DNA of 64,000 nucleotides from Toensbergia leucococca. Taxonomy: Eukaryota. The stretch covers positions 186,001-250,000 of the forward strand of contig JALDZS010000007.1 in the NCBI GenBank assembly GCA_022813965.1. Direction: 5' to 3'. A program made the position numbers and the translations under genes. Each line of letters opens with the position of its first letter. The first letter of the stretch is position 1. The notes below the pieces were generated by a model. The model made no database searches, had not been told where the DNA came from, and was given only the letters and a program-made list of their open reading frames with translations. Positions 38,597 to 52,481 of the stretch are shown here, piece by piece.

Positions 38597-40381
38597 CTAC
38601 TTCTTCTTCCCACCTCCAGAGGCTCCGGGAGCTTTCGCTCTAAAACTACCCTCGAAGCCTGGTCTTGCTTTCGATTTGGATTTCGTTGCCCCCTTTACAC
38701 CTTTCTTCTTACCCCCCTTCGAGCCCTTTTCATTTTTACGCTTCTGCAAATTCTCTTCTCTCTTCTTCTGCCTCATTGCCTGGCTTTTCTGCACACCCTC
38801 GATCCTCTCATTCCATTCCTTCTCGCTTTTCTTCTTCGCCTTGTCCTTTCGCTTTAGGGTCTTTTTCAATAGAGAAGAGTCGTCCCTGACTCGCTCGCCA
38901 TGGGCACGCTTCCGAGCAATAAGCCACAGATCCTTCTCCTCAATATCCGTTCGCTTTCCATCGTCAAGTCCCCTAATGCGTGCTTGCTTGTTTTCTGCAG
39001 CTTTCAGGGCTGTGAATGGGTCCTGCGGCCCCTTTCGCTTTTGAGAATCAAGCAATTTCGTCAAATTAGCATCTAAGCGTTGGCCATCTTCAAAAGTTAC
39101 TCGGCCAAAAGAGAAGTTGTTGGTCGATGTTGTATCCTGTGAAGGAGATGGTGCGCTATTGGAAAAAGACGCAGGAGACAGTAGAGGCGAACCTCGTGAG
39201 AGGTTCACATTCTCCTTACGTAACTCCTCTTCTCTTGCCTTTTGTTTTACTTCCTTCTTGTGTGCTTTTCTCTGCTCCTCTTTTCGTCTTCGCGCTTCCA
39301 TGAGCTCTTGCCGGTTCCTTGCAGGCTTTCCATCGAGCCCATCAGCCTTCCTAGCGGCTCGTAACGCCTCAATCCGCTGTTGCAGTCGTGCTTTCAGCTC
39401 CTCGGGGTTGGGTTTGTGCTTCAGAGGTTCTCCCGAGGGCATGTCGGCTTCAGGGCCTTCGGTAACAGTAGGCGCTGTGATTGATGAATTTGAAGATGGT
39501 GCAGACTGGACAATTGAGACATCAAAGGGAGGAGACAGAGGTGACAGCGATGGTGTTGCTGTAGACTGTGGATCGTTATCGAATCCGTCCGCCATGCCGC
39601 TAACATCGATGGGATCAACATCGCCATAAGCAGCCCCACCGCCATCTTCGTCGCTTAGATGATCAAGGCCAGGGTTCTCACGAGAGTCTTCAGCAAGCGC
39701 AAATGCCTGTTCCTTGCTTGCCTTCTTTGCTTGCCGCTTCGCTGCTTTCTCTTCCTCTTTAGCTTTTTTGTGCCGCTTTGTTTCCTTACGCTTCTCTGCT
39801 ATTGACTTGGTCCCAGAACAAACGTCAATCTGCAGTTCTTTTCCAGTCTGGTTGCTCCTGTGTTGCTCTAAGTCTACAGTCTGGTCTGTTCCTGCTTGGC
39901 CCTGCCGTTTCTGCCTTTTTACCTGTTGTCCGGCCCTTTTCTGGCTCTGAAATGGCATCTCTTTAATTATTCCTTCTATATCTGAATGCTCGTCTTCCTC
40001 TTCACGTTTCCTCTTTTGAGCGTTCTCTTCCATGATATCTTTAGCAGTCCTAGCATTATCCGGGTCAAGCTTGGCAAGCTTAGCGTTTCGGGCCTGTTCT
40101 TTTGTCTGCTTCTTTCTCTGCCATTGATCCTGTATTCAAGCTTTATAATTAGTCTTTGTTGTAGATACACCAGGATTCAAGACTTTACGAAAATGCAATA
40201 ACTAACACTTGTGTCTTCGCCGTAATAGTATTTTGCAGGTATCAACTGTAGGAGGCCATCGAAAGCCTTAGCATGGCTTTTCAACCGATCCTGTCCCCAT
40301 TGATCGATCGAAAATTAGCAAACATGAAGACTTCGAGATGCTTGTGTAGCGGTGTGTACATACCTCCAAAGTCTCCGACAT
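38597..40381 (-). CDS. RRP14: Ribosome biogenesis protein Rrp14/SURF6
   Basis: MSETLE|DRLKSHAKAFDGLLQLIPAKYYYGEDTS|DQWQRKKQTK (RRP14-N); SURF6 domain RAHGERVRDDSSLLKKTLKRK...EWNER...RPGFEG. Confidence 0.93.
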
Positions 40382-41212
40382 TTCGAGGGGTACTTTCTTT
40401 ACACCAAGATCAAAGACGATGTGGAAATGGCTGTAAGCTTTCCAGAAGCTCACGGTTCTCGAAGAGTATCAAATATGCCTGAGCATTGACAAGTAAAGTT
40501 CTCGTATGACTGCTCGGTGTATCACCAAGGACGAAAAGTGTGCGATTGTGGACGAAATCTTGGCATGGCTAACTTCTTTGCGACTAGCACGGGGTTTACA
40601 GAGCGAGAGTGACCAGATGCGTATTGCATATAATCACATTGCCACCAGAAAAGTAATTGAATATTGACTAAGTCACCTAACAGAAGGTGGAAATTACCTT
40701 ATTTTCTTCTTTTTCATTAGTCATTCCAGTGTCTGTCATTCATTATGAAGCTGTGGCGTACCCAGGATTCAGGATTCGCACTCATGCACAACACAAGTTC
40801 TAAGAACCGTCTTCGATCAATATCAATAGACAATATTGAGCTTCAAAATATACATGAAAGAGGATTGTGCAGACAAAGAATCATCATTCATTGCCCCACT
40901 ACGATTCCTCAGTCTCAGGCCACTTGATGTCGAGCCGCAAGCCAATACTGTTAGGTCCTTAATGCCCGTCTCAATGCTGTCAGGTACACCAGTATTATCT
41001 CACATTGAGTACAAAAACGAACAAGGACCAACACGGGGCGCTGATTCATCATATTCACAAGCGCTGTTGACTTATGAAGTATTGATGACAGAGGCTCAGA
41101 GCTCGAGCCGTATTGATCAACGACTCTTCAGCTTTGTCGAATCAACCGTGAGCGGCAACCTCGTCTGTGATAGGCAATGCAATGGCGTTGAAGGGGTCTC
41201 AGACTTGACGCT

Positions 41213-42012
41213 TCAATCTGGTGGTGCATCGGTCAGTGGCACGTACCGTACCCCAATGTCCTTTTTCTTCTCTATTGTTCCATCATCCCGTTTGTCTATC
41301 ACCCAGATATACTGCTTCTGTCCCGCAGATACAGGTATGAACATCCTGCAGACAGCAATTGTTCCAATTCGTTAGATACATTTCACTCGTCTTTTTGTTG
41401 TTGCTTACCTGCCTGGTGCCTTCAATTGCTCTATCAAACTTGCATGTGCTTCCACTGCGGCCGCGCCAACATGAATGGCATCGTAGGGGCCACTTTCCTT
41501 CCATCCTTTCCTTCCATCTGCCTTCACATACTTCACTCTCTCATTTCTTAACAAATCGATTCCTTCAGCGCTTTTTTCCGTATTCCTTGTCGCCAAGTCG
41601 ACGAGCCCTTGGATGTGATCCACGCCTACGACTTGTCCTGTAGGTTCAACTAAGTTGGCGAGAACATGCGTGAAATAACCGGACCCTGATCCGATATCAA
41701 GAACTTGTGCCCCGGGGTAGAGAAATGGCAGGAGTGATTCGGCTGCTGCAGCATGCATATGAGGTGCGGAGATTGTAGCCAAAAAGCCAATGTACTGGGG
41801 AGAGTCCTCATAAGGCGAGGAAGGGGCGTAATGTCCTCGATCTACCTGTTCACAAGAACATTAGTGTTCCATACGAGTCATTGCAGACAAGGATACAGGA
41901 GTTTTCATACCCCAAGCATAGCTTTCCTGACTTTGTCAGAGATGATCAATCCTTTGGTGGCAAGATTAGAAACAAGAGCTGCATTATTGACACCCGAGCA
42001 TGTCCAGGCCAT
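41213..42012 (-). CDS. PCMT1: Protein-L-isoaspartate O-methyltransferase
   Basis: MAWTCSG..., [62 protein letters not shown]. Confidence 0.95.
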
Positions 42013-42310
42013 GATAATGTTGATGAAACTGAAGAGACCAAGAGACTCTTTGTAGTGCTGCAAGTTCGTTACCTGGCAATCAATCATCAGATCTTGTGAG
42101 GCCAGACATGCATTTATTATCAGATATTAAGAGTTGCGCTAGCAGGGATAGCTTTCGAATCAAAATCTTGTGCATGATCCATCACACACTCTCTATTTCA
42201 ATTAGATCGTTGTACTGTCTCTGTACGAATATCTAGTATGTGATACTCCGCATATGAAGTCTCAACTCCTCTCTCAAATGAACATTGTAATAATCTAAAC
42301 CTTCACCAGG

Positions 42311-43543
42311 ATGACAAGTCCTACAACCCCCCGAAAAGAGAAGGTTGAGATCTCCCATGAAAGCAATACCAGCACCTCCCAGCTCCAGCTACTGACATGG
42401 CTAGCCAAGTGCCTTGCGATCCATCATTGCAGGATCGACTGCTGGAGCGGTTGAAATTGGTACGTCTTGCTTACAGCCCCGCTAAGTAGCTTCAGTAATA
42501 ATGCCTCGACAGCCATCACATATCCCGCTGAGTGTATGTCCAACGCCCTCAAAGTTGCGAAGTCCTCTCGCAAGCCAATCTAAGAGAACCCGTAGTTGCA
42601 AAGACAAGAACACAGCTGAACAGGCGGCTACCGGACGGAAAAAAGCTTGGTTGGCCGCCATTCGGCAAAGCATGGTATGCAGGATGTACTACATTGATCA
42701 TTGGAAATTCCTTGAAAGCTGGCATACGTATGCATGGTATTCTTCAGACTACGATCGTGAAAACACTGATATCCGACAGGGTTCGTTGCATTTGATACCT
42801 ACAAGACATTACTGCAAGACGAGACTGGGAAAATTTCGGGACCAGGGACGGTAATAGCTGGGTTTGGCGCCGGCATTACGGAGTCATTGTTCGCTGTAAC
42901 GCCCTTTGAAAGTATCAAGACCACATTGTGCGTTCCCTGAGATCAGAGCGGTCAAGTTGCCTGATAACAATCTCTTTTCTCAATAGAATCGACGATCGTA
43001 AATCTGCCAATCCTCGTATGCGAGGATTCCTTCATGGATCTGGCATAATTTTCCGCGAACGTGGGCTCAAGGGCTTTTTCCAAGGCTTCGTTCCCACAAC
43101 AGCACGACAAGCGGCGAATTCTGCGACCAGGTTTGGAAGCTATACAACGTTGAAGCAGTTTGCTCAAGGCTATGTAGCTCCAGGAGAAAAGCTGGGAAGT
43201 GTGAGCACATTCGGAATTGGAGGTATGGCCGGCTTTATTACAGTATACGTTACGCAGCCCCTGGATACCATCAAGACTCGCATGCAGTCTATAGACGCAA
43301 GTAAGGAGTACAAGAATAGCTTTGTGTGTGCAGCCCGGATCTTCAAGGATGAGGGAGTCTTGACGTTTTGGTCGGGAGCAGTGCCGCGCCTAGCAAGACT
43401 GATACTGAGTGGGGGAATAGTGTTCACAATGTACATGAGCTTTGGGCAATTTATCTTGCCGCTTCCCATACTAATCAGTGCGCAGGTACGAAAAGACGAT
43501 GGAAGGTTTAGATACCCTAGATCCGGAGAGACGCTACGTATGA
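42311..43543 (+). CDS. CTP1: Mitochondrial citrate/tricarboxylate carrier
   Basis: IIAGSTAGAVEI|AITYPAE|FAKTRTQL, GNSLKAGI|RF, VTPFESIKT, RQAANSATRF, TQPLDTIKTRMQ: three carrier signatures. Confidence 0.9.
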
Positions 43544-44760
43544 GACTAGACTCGCTTTACGTCTTCGATGCTCTGAATGCTCGACGAAATCTTGGAGGCC
43601 ATGATATATTGATGAGACAAATCTTTCAAGCAACTCAGCCACGTCGTTCAATCTGCCTCCTAATCTTGATCATGACAGGCATTTTGTAATCCTAGAATTT
43701 CAAATGACATGTAGACAATAGTCAGTGAATGCACACACCTACGGAAACGGGGAATGGGCAGTTTAGTCAATTATCCTCGTCAAGCTTGCAAAGTGAGTGT
43801 CGCATGGGCAAGTAGAGCAACAAATCGTCCGAGGATAATTTGCTTAGTTTATCACGAGCTAGATAAGACAAGCTAGTTGAATGGGGACTCAAAGAACCAT
43901 TCACAAGTGACACTCTCCTACTTTATTTTCTTCATTTTCTACTATCCTGCTGACCCAATCTGTGCTTCTCTACGCAACGACAGCAAGATTCCAGCAACTT
44001 CTTGTCCATGTACGCGTATACATTATCAAATTTTCGGATGTGGGTTTGGTAGCGGGTTGTTCCTCAGGCAGTGGTAAACCAATTCCACTGCTCTCATACA
44101 GAGAGAGAAGCTGAGACGATGTAATCCTGATGGGAAAGCCGGGTTCTAGTAATAACGGTCAATCGAGAAATAGCGGTCGCCAACATTCGGCTTTCATTCA
44201 GTGTTATTCGCTCATACTCGCCTAGTGACGCCGCTGGAGGTGTATTGGTTGCAGATGTAATGCGACATTCGACGTAGAACTTTTCTCTAACGAAGAACAT
44301 TGTGGCTAGTGGTGGTAAGTAAAAATTATCGGTCCGTCGCGAAGCCGTGATGGATAAATCGGCCTTGTGGCAAATCCGATCTTGACGCCAGAGAACAGAG
44401 CCCTTTGTTGCCGGATACAGATTTGCTCAGGGAATGATAGCAGTCTAGGACCGACTATCTCGTGAAGCGAGGAGGAAGGCGGTGAAACGCGATCGACACG
44501 ATAGAACCCATGTTAATAGTGCTTTTGACAGCAATGCAAGGTGCAGAGTGGGTATTCGAGGTAGCTATTTCGAAGGAGAGGATTGAGGGAATGAGCAAGG
44601 CGTGCTCAAGGTTGGTCAAAACAAGTGATAATCGAGAAAGGTATCCAGCAAGATCGAGCTAAGTGTAGGAGAGTGGAAGCAGAACAACGGTTAGTTGGAC
44701 CAAACGCCGCTGAAAACACGAAAACTCCACGCTAAAAAGAAGATGAATACGCTGCGAGGC

Positions 44761-46487
44761 CTAGGATACTTTTGCTGTTGGTTCCAGTGACTCTTGTTGG
44801 GATAAGTAGCCATTTTGCCGATGCTGTTGTCCATTATCTTTGGAAAGCACTCGCCGTGGTGCGTGAGGTTGACCCAGTGGACGCTGATTCCGTTGAGAAT
44901 TGATTGTGTTCTGCTGGACTTGCCCTCGTCCATTACCTTGATCGCGTATTTGACCGGAGTGCCCACCATTGTGATGGGAAGCGATTCCACTTGCTGGTTG
45001 ATCACGGCTTGGTGTCTCACGCTGGCTTGGGGGATTGGAAATTGGGCGCGGGATGTTTTCCGGGGAATCATAGACATAAAGCTTCTTATCGATCGCCTGC
45101 GGAATCGGCCGAATTTCTGTCCCAAGTTCTTGCTCAATCTTGTATAGATTATATCTATCATCCCAGTTGATCAAATTTATGGCCAATCCCAGATGACCGA
45201 AGCGTCCGGATCGTCCAATACGATGTAGGTAAGTCTCGGCATTTTTGGGAAAGTCAAAGTTGATAACAACATTGACAGCTTGAATATCAATACCGCGAGT
45301 AAGAAGATCGGAGCATACAAGGTTTCGGCATACACCATTGCGGAAATCGTGAAATACGCGGTTACGATTATGCTGTAACATGCGCGCATGAGAATAGAAA
45401 CAAGAGTAGCCAAGCTCCGTAATTTTCTTTGCAAGAAGCTCCACGCGATTCGTAGAATTGCAGAATATGATAGACTGGTTGATTTGAAGTTTCGAAAACA
45501 AGGTGTTGAGACAATGAACTTTCTGCTTTTCTTCGACGAATGCGTAGTACTGGGTGATACCCCGGAGAGTAAGCTCATCCATTAGGTTGATCTCATATGG
45601 TGTGTTCATATGTTTGTCCTGTCATTTACGTTTAGCGATCGACATTACATAGGAATTGTCTCAACCTACTTTGAAAGATTTGACGATCATGGGAAATGTA
45701 GCGCTAAAGAGCATGACCTGGCGGTCTTTTGGATGGAACGCAAGGAGCTGTTCGATGACAGGAGTAAATTCAGGAGATAGCAGCTTGTCGGCTTCGTCCA
45801 TGACGAATGTTGGACACTCAGCAAGGTCTGCAACTCCTTTACTGGCAAGATCTAAGATTCTACCAGGAGTTCCAACAATAATATGAACCGCGTCGCTCAA
45901 ACGAATGATATCATCTTTAAGGCCGGTGCCTCCAGTTGTAACCATGACGTTGATGCCAAGGTGTTTGCCTAGGGTCTTACAGACTTGTGATGTCTGTAGA
46001 GCAAGCTCGCGGGTAGGAACAAGAATTAAGGCTTGGATTTTGGAGCTTTTCGGGTTGATACGCTCTAACGTCGGTATAACGAAAGCAGCGGTCTTGCCAG
46101 TGCCATTTTTTGCTCTCGCAAGAATATCTCGGCCAGTCAATGCCACTGGTATGGTCTCTTCCTGTATGGGGGACGGCTTCTCAAACCCAGCCTCGAAAAT
46201 GCCCATCATGAGTTCTCGTTTTATATAAAAGTCTTCAAATTCGAGGCCTTTAGTCGCGGTGACGTCCTAAATTTGGTCAGTAGTGTCTAGCACGAGGTAC
46301 GAGAAAGCGCACCTCGGTCTGTGGTCGAGCATCTTTGGTTGGGATCTTTAGCTTCTCCTTCCAAGTATTGCTCAAAGGCCCATCGCTATTGTTATGGATC
46401 AGTAAAGAGTCCATACGTACCTAGTCTTCGGGTGTAAACCAACCTGATCTTTGTGTCTTTCAACTGGTCAGCCAATGGAGAAGCCAT
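44761..46487 (-). CDS. DHH1: DEAD-box RNA helicase Dhh1/DDX6
   Basis: [64 protein letters not shown]. Confidence 0.97.
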
Positions 46488-47544
46488 GCTAGATCCTAGG
46501 AAAACGTGATTGCTGCTCGTCAGAATACAGTCTTGCAGGGAAGCACGTTGTTGACGGCGGGTCTTATGCCGTGAATATGGCTAGCAAAGTCGAAGGAAGA
46601 TGGGTCAGAGCAACGCCTTGGGATTCGCAATGCGAGGTAGGCTAGAATGCTTCGTTCTCAGGATTGAGATACTTCTGAAATGTACTAGCTGGAGATTTGA
46701 CGCGTCAGAAACAAGTGGGGAGCGAAAATTGGTATCGAGACTGTGTGGAAAGTGGAGGTGTAAGTAGTAAATTGACGGCCAACGGAAGTGATGCTCGTAG
46801 CTGCGGAAGACTATTGTCGAATCAGTGGCGAGGGGTGGGATAGGTACTTGGTAAATTGAAGGTTGGTTTTCAGTGATATGACAATAGGTAGCAGGTAAGG
46901 TACCGAAGGCGAGGGTACCTACGGACTACTCGTAGAGGTAAATGTGAATTCTACGACAAACCCACGTAGCACTATGACCAATCAACTCTAGTCGATGGTG
47001 GAGGATGTGGATGCCTACGAGTATCAACCCTGTGCACTTTCAACTACACAATTGAGGAAAGGCATCCAGCTTTCCTCCCTAAAAACAGGAAGAACAACTA
47101 CCTTACAAGATCTACCTATGTACGCACAATAGAAGTGTAGACGCTACTCGTAGTTCTTCAATTCCCTATCTCAATACGGATACTAATTGAGGCCGGGGGA
47201 AAAAGTTTGACGACCGATGGTTTTGCGATTTCCCACCAAACGATCGGCCCTCAATTGTCCCCTGGCCTCGAATACTAAATTATCACCCTACAGCCCCACC
47301 TGGTTCTAGAAATGCTGAATCCTTCATAGTGGGAGCTCATGAGCCTTGCAAAACTGATGCCGGCTTCAAATCTACATACTGCTCACAGGATTCGTCAGAC
47401 AGTTTATGTCCATGTTTACGGATATTGCCACAATCCATTGTAGCATAGATAGCTTCTCTGGCATGAAGACTTCCACATTTGAAGACAGCTCATGACTCCA
47501 GATCTGCGATGAGATTGGGGTGACTCTCAACGGAAGAAAGCCCG

Positions 47545-50500
47545 TCACGTTCGTGGGAATGAAATAGTACTTTGGCCCCGTTCCGGATCGCTGAGTCTGC
47601 AATCTAAATTAATCAAACATCTAGAGCAGCAAGTGAATATTACATACTTGATGATCTTAACATCCCGATCAACGTCTACGTTACCCATTGACTGAGGTGT
47701 GATCAAAATGAATTGACGCCCAATGGACCGTCTTGCCGCAACAATCTGCCAGGATCATTAGAGGCGCCCAAAAAAGTCCAATGTTTCATTCTTACCATCA
47801 GCTTCATACTGACATCCCGGTTCACACTATCCATGAAGACGTCGCTAATCTCTGATCAGCATCTGATCACTGCTCGGGCTTTGGCTACGTACAACTCATC
47901 TAAGCAGCGGATAGGCGCACCCATAGCCTCCCACAAAGACAGTAGAAGACAAATGGTAGAAAATGATTTCTCTCCGCCCGAAAGTGTCTTAGTTTCGCGT
48001 CCCCCACCCCGTTGAGACTCGTCAGGTTGGACCTATCATGGTGGTCAGTCTGGCTTTAAGCAATTTCACCTTACCTGGGTTCTTTACGTTCAGATCAAGC
48101 AATTTCTGCTTGTGATTCGCTCTCAAACCACCGCGGAAATTGCGTTCGCTTAGCAAGTATATGAATTGTAACCTCGCACGGGCGGTAATATGCTTTTGAA
48201 ATTGCTCCCATCGGAATCTACGTCTGACAAGTGTCTCCTTCAGAAGCTAGGATGGGGCTCAGTAACAAGTCACCCAACCTATGAAGCGTGGTTTTCATAC
48301 CTGCGCAAGCTCCTCAATTTTGCGATATTGGTCGTTGGCGGTTTCATAGGCCTCGCGCGCTTGGACAGCGTCTTCTACGACCTTTCTCATATCGCCGCCT
48401 ATCCTATGTGCTTGTTAGCGCTAGGGAACTCGAAAACAATGAGACGATGTACTTGTCCTGATATCTTTGCAGGTCAGCGTTGAGTTTCTTCAACTTCTTA
48501 TCAAGTGTTGTGCCAGTTTCCCCCTCGTCAACAGGCACCCTCGGAGATACTTCGGTTGCTAATCTAGCAAAATCAGTAACTTGGGCGGCTTTGGCTACAC
48601 GCCCTTCCTGGAGAGTCGTTCTTTCATCCTTAGTCTGTTGGACGCGTTGAAATGAGGAGTTCTTTTCTCGCAGTGCGGCTTGTCGTTGGTTTGACATTTT
48701 CAATGCTTTGGCTTCAGCTTTGCGGATTCCGACTTCTCCCTCGTCGATTTGAGCATCCATTGCCGTCATCTTGTCTTTATAGACCTTCAAAGATTCCCTG
48801 CTTTTATCTTTCGCGTTGACAGCCTCCTCATAGGAGCCTTCATGAGCGACCTTTTCTTCTGTGGCTTCCTTAAGGATCTCCTTCAAAGAGTCTAGGCGAC
48901 CTTCTTCAATAGCATCTTCTTCCAAGGCATCTTGCAGGTCACCCAACGTGAGTTCAGCGCGTTGCGCGGCCATTAGAAGCTCCTTGCTTTCTTTTTGATG
49001 TCTGAAAATGGCTTGTCCACGTCTCGTAAGGCTTTGTTGTTTTTCTCTAAAATCCCGTTCGAGGTCATTGAGTTCTGTCTTGAGGCGTTGAAGTAAATTC
49101 CGTTGATGGCTAAGACCATTTGTAAGGGACGAGATCTATATCAGAGAAGGATACTCACCTTAATTGGTATTCGATATCGGTTTTCATCCGAGGAGGTCCG
49201 GAGAATCCGTCGGCGTATCCAATAGAAAGAGTGTCACCATACCCATAAGCTATTCTCCATCCTGCCCCAGCTTTGAAAGCATTGATGCTGAAGCATTGCT
49301 TCATATTGTGCACTTGTACACTGTTGAGAGTATTCACCGCCTCGTTCTTATCCTTAATCAACAGTGTTTGTTCAATTGCTTGACTTATTATCAGTTGCCG
49401 ACCTATAAGATCGTTGTCGATCTGAGATTTGTGTCAGTGGAGATTCCGAATCAAAACATAACAGTACGACCTACTTCTAAAACCCTATAAGTCGTGTCAA
49501 AGCTTGGATTAGGTTCATGCCCCGAGAGGCTGAACGAGGTGTTATTTCCTATTATGATGGGAAAGGAACTGAGCTCGTCAGCGATTGGATAGCTCTACAT
49601 GACGATTTGTGACACCATACCATCCAACCCTTTGCATCGTCGCTGACAGCCTTGCCTGGTCCTGTTTGCTTATCACAACGAAGCTAGTCAGTGAAGAACC
49701 GAGAGACTTTTCCAGAATGGTAGACCATAGTGGCTTCAGTAACCGCACATGAGTACCTATAGGCCCCAGCGGTTGCTGCTCGAACCCTTCATCTTGTCGT
49801 ATTGCATTGATCAACTGGGGCATTTTTTGGTGAAAGGCTCCTTGCTGGTGTCCACGGTCCCGCATGAGATTGTTCAGACGCTCTTCACATTCTTGCACCT
49901 CGCTCCGCTTGGCCTTCACAGGTCCTTCTGCGTCTGAGACTTCACGCTGGGCTTGTCTTTGCTCATCTTCAAGGGTGCGAAGCCTACTGTCGTGCTCTTC
50001 TAAGCTCATTTTCGCACTATCGACCTCAGCTCTCTTTTCGTCGATTTCAGCAAGTCGCCTCGTGCTACTACCGCCATTTGCTTCTTCCAATTTGTTTATC
50101 TCGTTAACAATATCAGCATTGGCTTTAGCAATCCTCGCTTCTGCGGCCTTGAGATGGTCACGTATGATTCGATGCTCAGCCTAGTGATCAAGTCAGCACG
50201 TTATCATGCATCTCATAGTCCAAGCTTTTACCTGAAGTGACACTGCTTCAGCCTTCGCTTTGTCAAAGTCCTGCCGTGTCTGCTCTTTCTCTTCCTTGAG
50301 AGGTTGCAGCTGGTCTTTGGTTCCTTGTACCATTCTGGTAGCATTTTCAAAGGCCATGTCAGCCGCACTAAAAGTTGCTTCCACTTCAGCTGCCCTTTGC
50401 TCCGCAGTCACAACAGTCTCATCGGCTTTCCGTATATCTCTATCGTAGGATTCTAGACAGCGTTCCTGCTCCTCAACCTGGGCCCATGCCATTTGATTTG

Positions 50501-51525
50501 CATACCTCTGTACTTTATGGCGGAGAGAGTCGTGCTTCTCCGAAAGTGTGACCAACGACCTTGTTCGAGCTGCTTCGTCCTCAAATACCTTGATATCTTT
50601 CTTACGAGTCTCCAGCCCAGCCTCAATGGTCTCAATGCTCTCTTCCATCAGCAAGTAGTCCCCATCCAGTTGTTCTAATTGTGTTCCTTTCATGAAAAAT
50701 CTGTACTTGTCAGAGGGAGTTGAATTGCTCAAGAATTGCCGCGCCATATCTTGCGTCAAGACATTCATAGGGTTATCAATCTGGAGAGCAAAATAGTCGC
50801 ATATCTCCTCAAGATCTGCTTTTTTGTTTGAAATGAGCCGACCGGTTGAGCATTTTAGCTTGAAGCTACTAGTTCCAGATCTGGAGAAATGACGCTCCAC
50901 GATGATAGAGTCACCATACACTTCTTGTTGATAGGCGTTGCTCTCTGTGTTCTTTAGCTTAACGCTCAGAATAGAAGATCTATGGCCATTAGTATGTTTC
51001 AAGAACCCGCATCAAGACCTCTGCGTACTCCTGACCCTCCTTGATGAAGCTCTTCAGGCTTTGTCCTCGATTCGTAGCAGTTGCTTTCCCTCCAAGACAC
51101 AGCGTAATGGCTGTGAGAACGGCACTCTTACCGCTGCCGTTGTGCCCGATGATGAAGTTGATCAGCGGCCCAAGAGTGACCTCAAGGTAAGCGTGACACA
51201 TGAAATTGGTGCAAGTCACAGTCTCGATGATGCCATTATCAGCAGGCCTGTTATCCATGGTCATTCTATTTCGCTGCTGTGTGAGGAACTGGGAGACTTC
51301 GAGCTCGTCGGGCTCCTCATCGGTGGAGGCACCCAAGTCTCCGTCACTGGATCGTGTGTAGGAGATTCGTGCCTTCTTTCTCTGTGTGGCCGTCAGTTTC
51401 CCACGTTGGATTCAGCACAAAACCCTTACAGAGTCTTGTTGCAAATTTGAGCTTGCACTCCCAGCATCTTCTACTTCCGAGTCCTCAAGTTCTAGTGCAG
51501 CCCGCTGTCGCTTCGTCGGTGCCAT
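47545..51525 (-). CDS. SMC6: SMC5/6 complex subunit Smc6, multi-exon
   Basis: NFMCH, Walker [40 protein letters not shown], signature LSGGEKSFS, Walker B RCLDEF|DVFMD, FILITPQ. Confidence 0.95.
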
Positions 51526-51910
51526 GTTACCTTACTTCTGATCAATTTTGTAACAAGAACTATTGTCGTCACGACGCGCTCGGAGTTTGATTGATGGAAC
51601 GCGAATTATCTATCTTCTTGGCACGCTAACTTGATTGGGAACACACCAATCGAGTCGCACACATTTCAGGATAGGTAGGTGAGAATGTAAGCGGTCCGAT
51701 TGGTGATCCCGATCGGGTTAGCGTGTTAAGAGGAGAGACATTTCGGCCGCACGAGTAGAGCGGGGCTTAGCTTTTGTCTTGCACTTCAACCTCAATTTGG
51801 TGATTGACCAAGAGCCCCTGCGTCACCGCTTCCTACTCATGTATATCTGACTTCCATCCTTGCCTACAGAATTCAAGTCAGACTTGGCTCATCATCAGTC
51901 CAGGACAGTC

Positions 51911-52481
51911 ATGCCTATCAAAGAAAATCTCCCACCATCTGGAAGCGGTCCTCCGTCGCAATCAAAATCGCCTAGCAAAGAAAAGCTTCCACCACTGCGA
52001 GGCTTCACGCGCATATTTTTCGACGCTCAGCAATCTCCTTAGTTTAATACAGTACCATGGCAGCCTCCTCCCTTTCACGAAAAGCTCTTCTTCTTCTATG
52101 GGACCTTGATGGATCCTGCAACACTGGTCAAGGTTTTGCATCTGAAGGAGCTGCCGACATTACAGCCGGCTACCGTTCTTGGGTATCACTGCAAACTGTG
52201 GGGTCACTACCCGGCGCTCCTGGACGGTCCATACGGTGCAAAGGTAGATTGAAGTCCAGTCCGCGGAACAGGTCAAGCTTCTGCAGGACTATGAGACAAC
52301 ACGCTACAGGAAAACCTCTTGTCAAATTTAGCTGATGGATGGCTTAAAAGTCATAGGAACGAGCTTCATGTGGCTCTCAGATGATGAAAAATTACGGGAG
52401 GGAGTGTTTGACTTGAAGGACTTTCAGATGAAACAATTGGAGATGGGCTTATGCGCAGAGCGTTGGCTCAGGCAGGGCTAG
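51911..52481 (+). pseudogene. Disrupted gamma-glutamylcyclotransferase / AIG2-like gene
   Basis: FFFYGTLMDP...LWGHYPALLDG and LQDYET...LREGVFDLKDF are recognisable but broken by TAG at 52040-52042, a frameshift near 52250 and TAG at 52329-52331. Confidence 0.75.

Noticed and set aside
38030..38597. Short ORFs downstream of RRP14
   Set aside because: No recognisable motifs or splice structure; likely UTR or intergenic.
40836..41375. 179-aa plus-strand ORF
   Set aside because: TTG start, overlaps the PIMT last exon antisense, no family motif.
52040..52331. A-to-I editing rescue of TAG stops in the GGCT-like gene
   Set aside because: Editing cannot repair the accompanying frameshift; pseudogene is the simpler reading.
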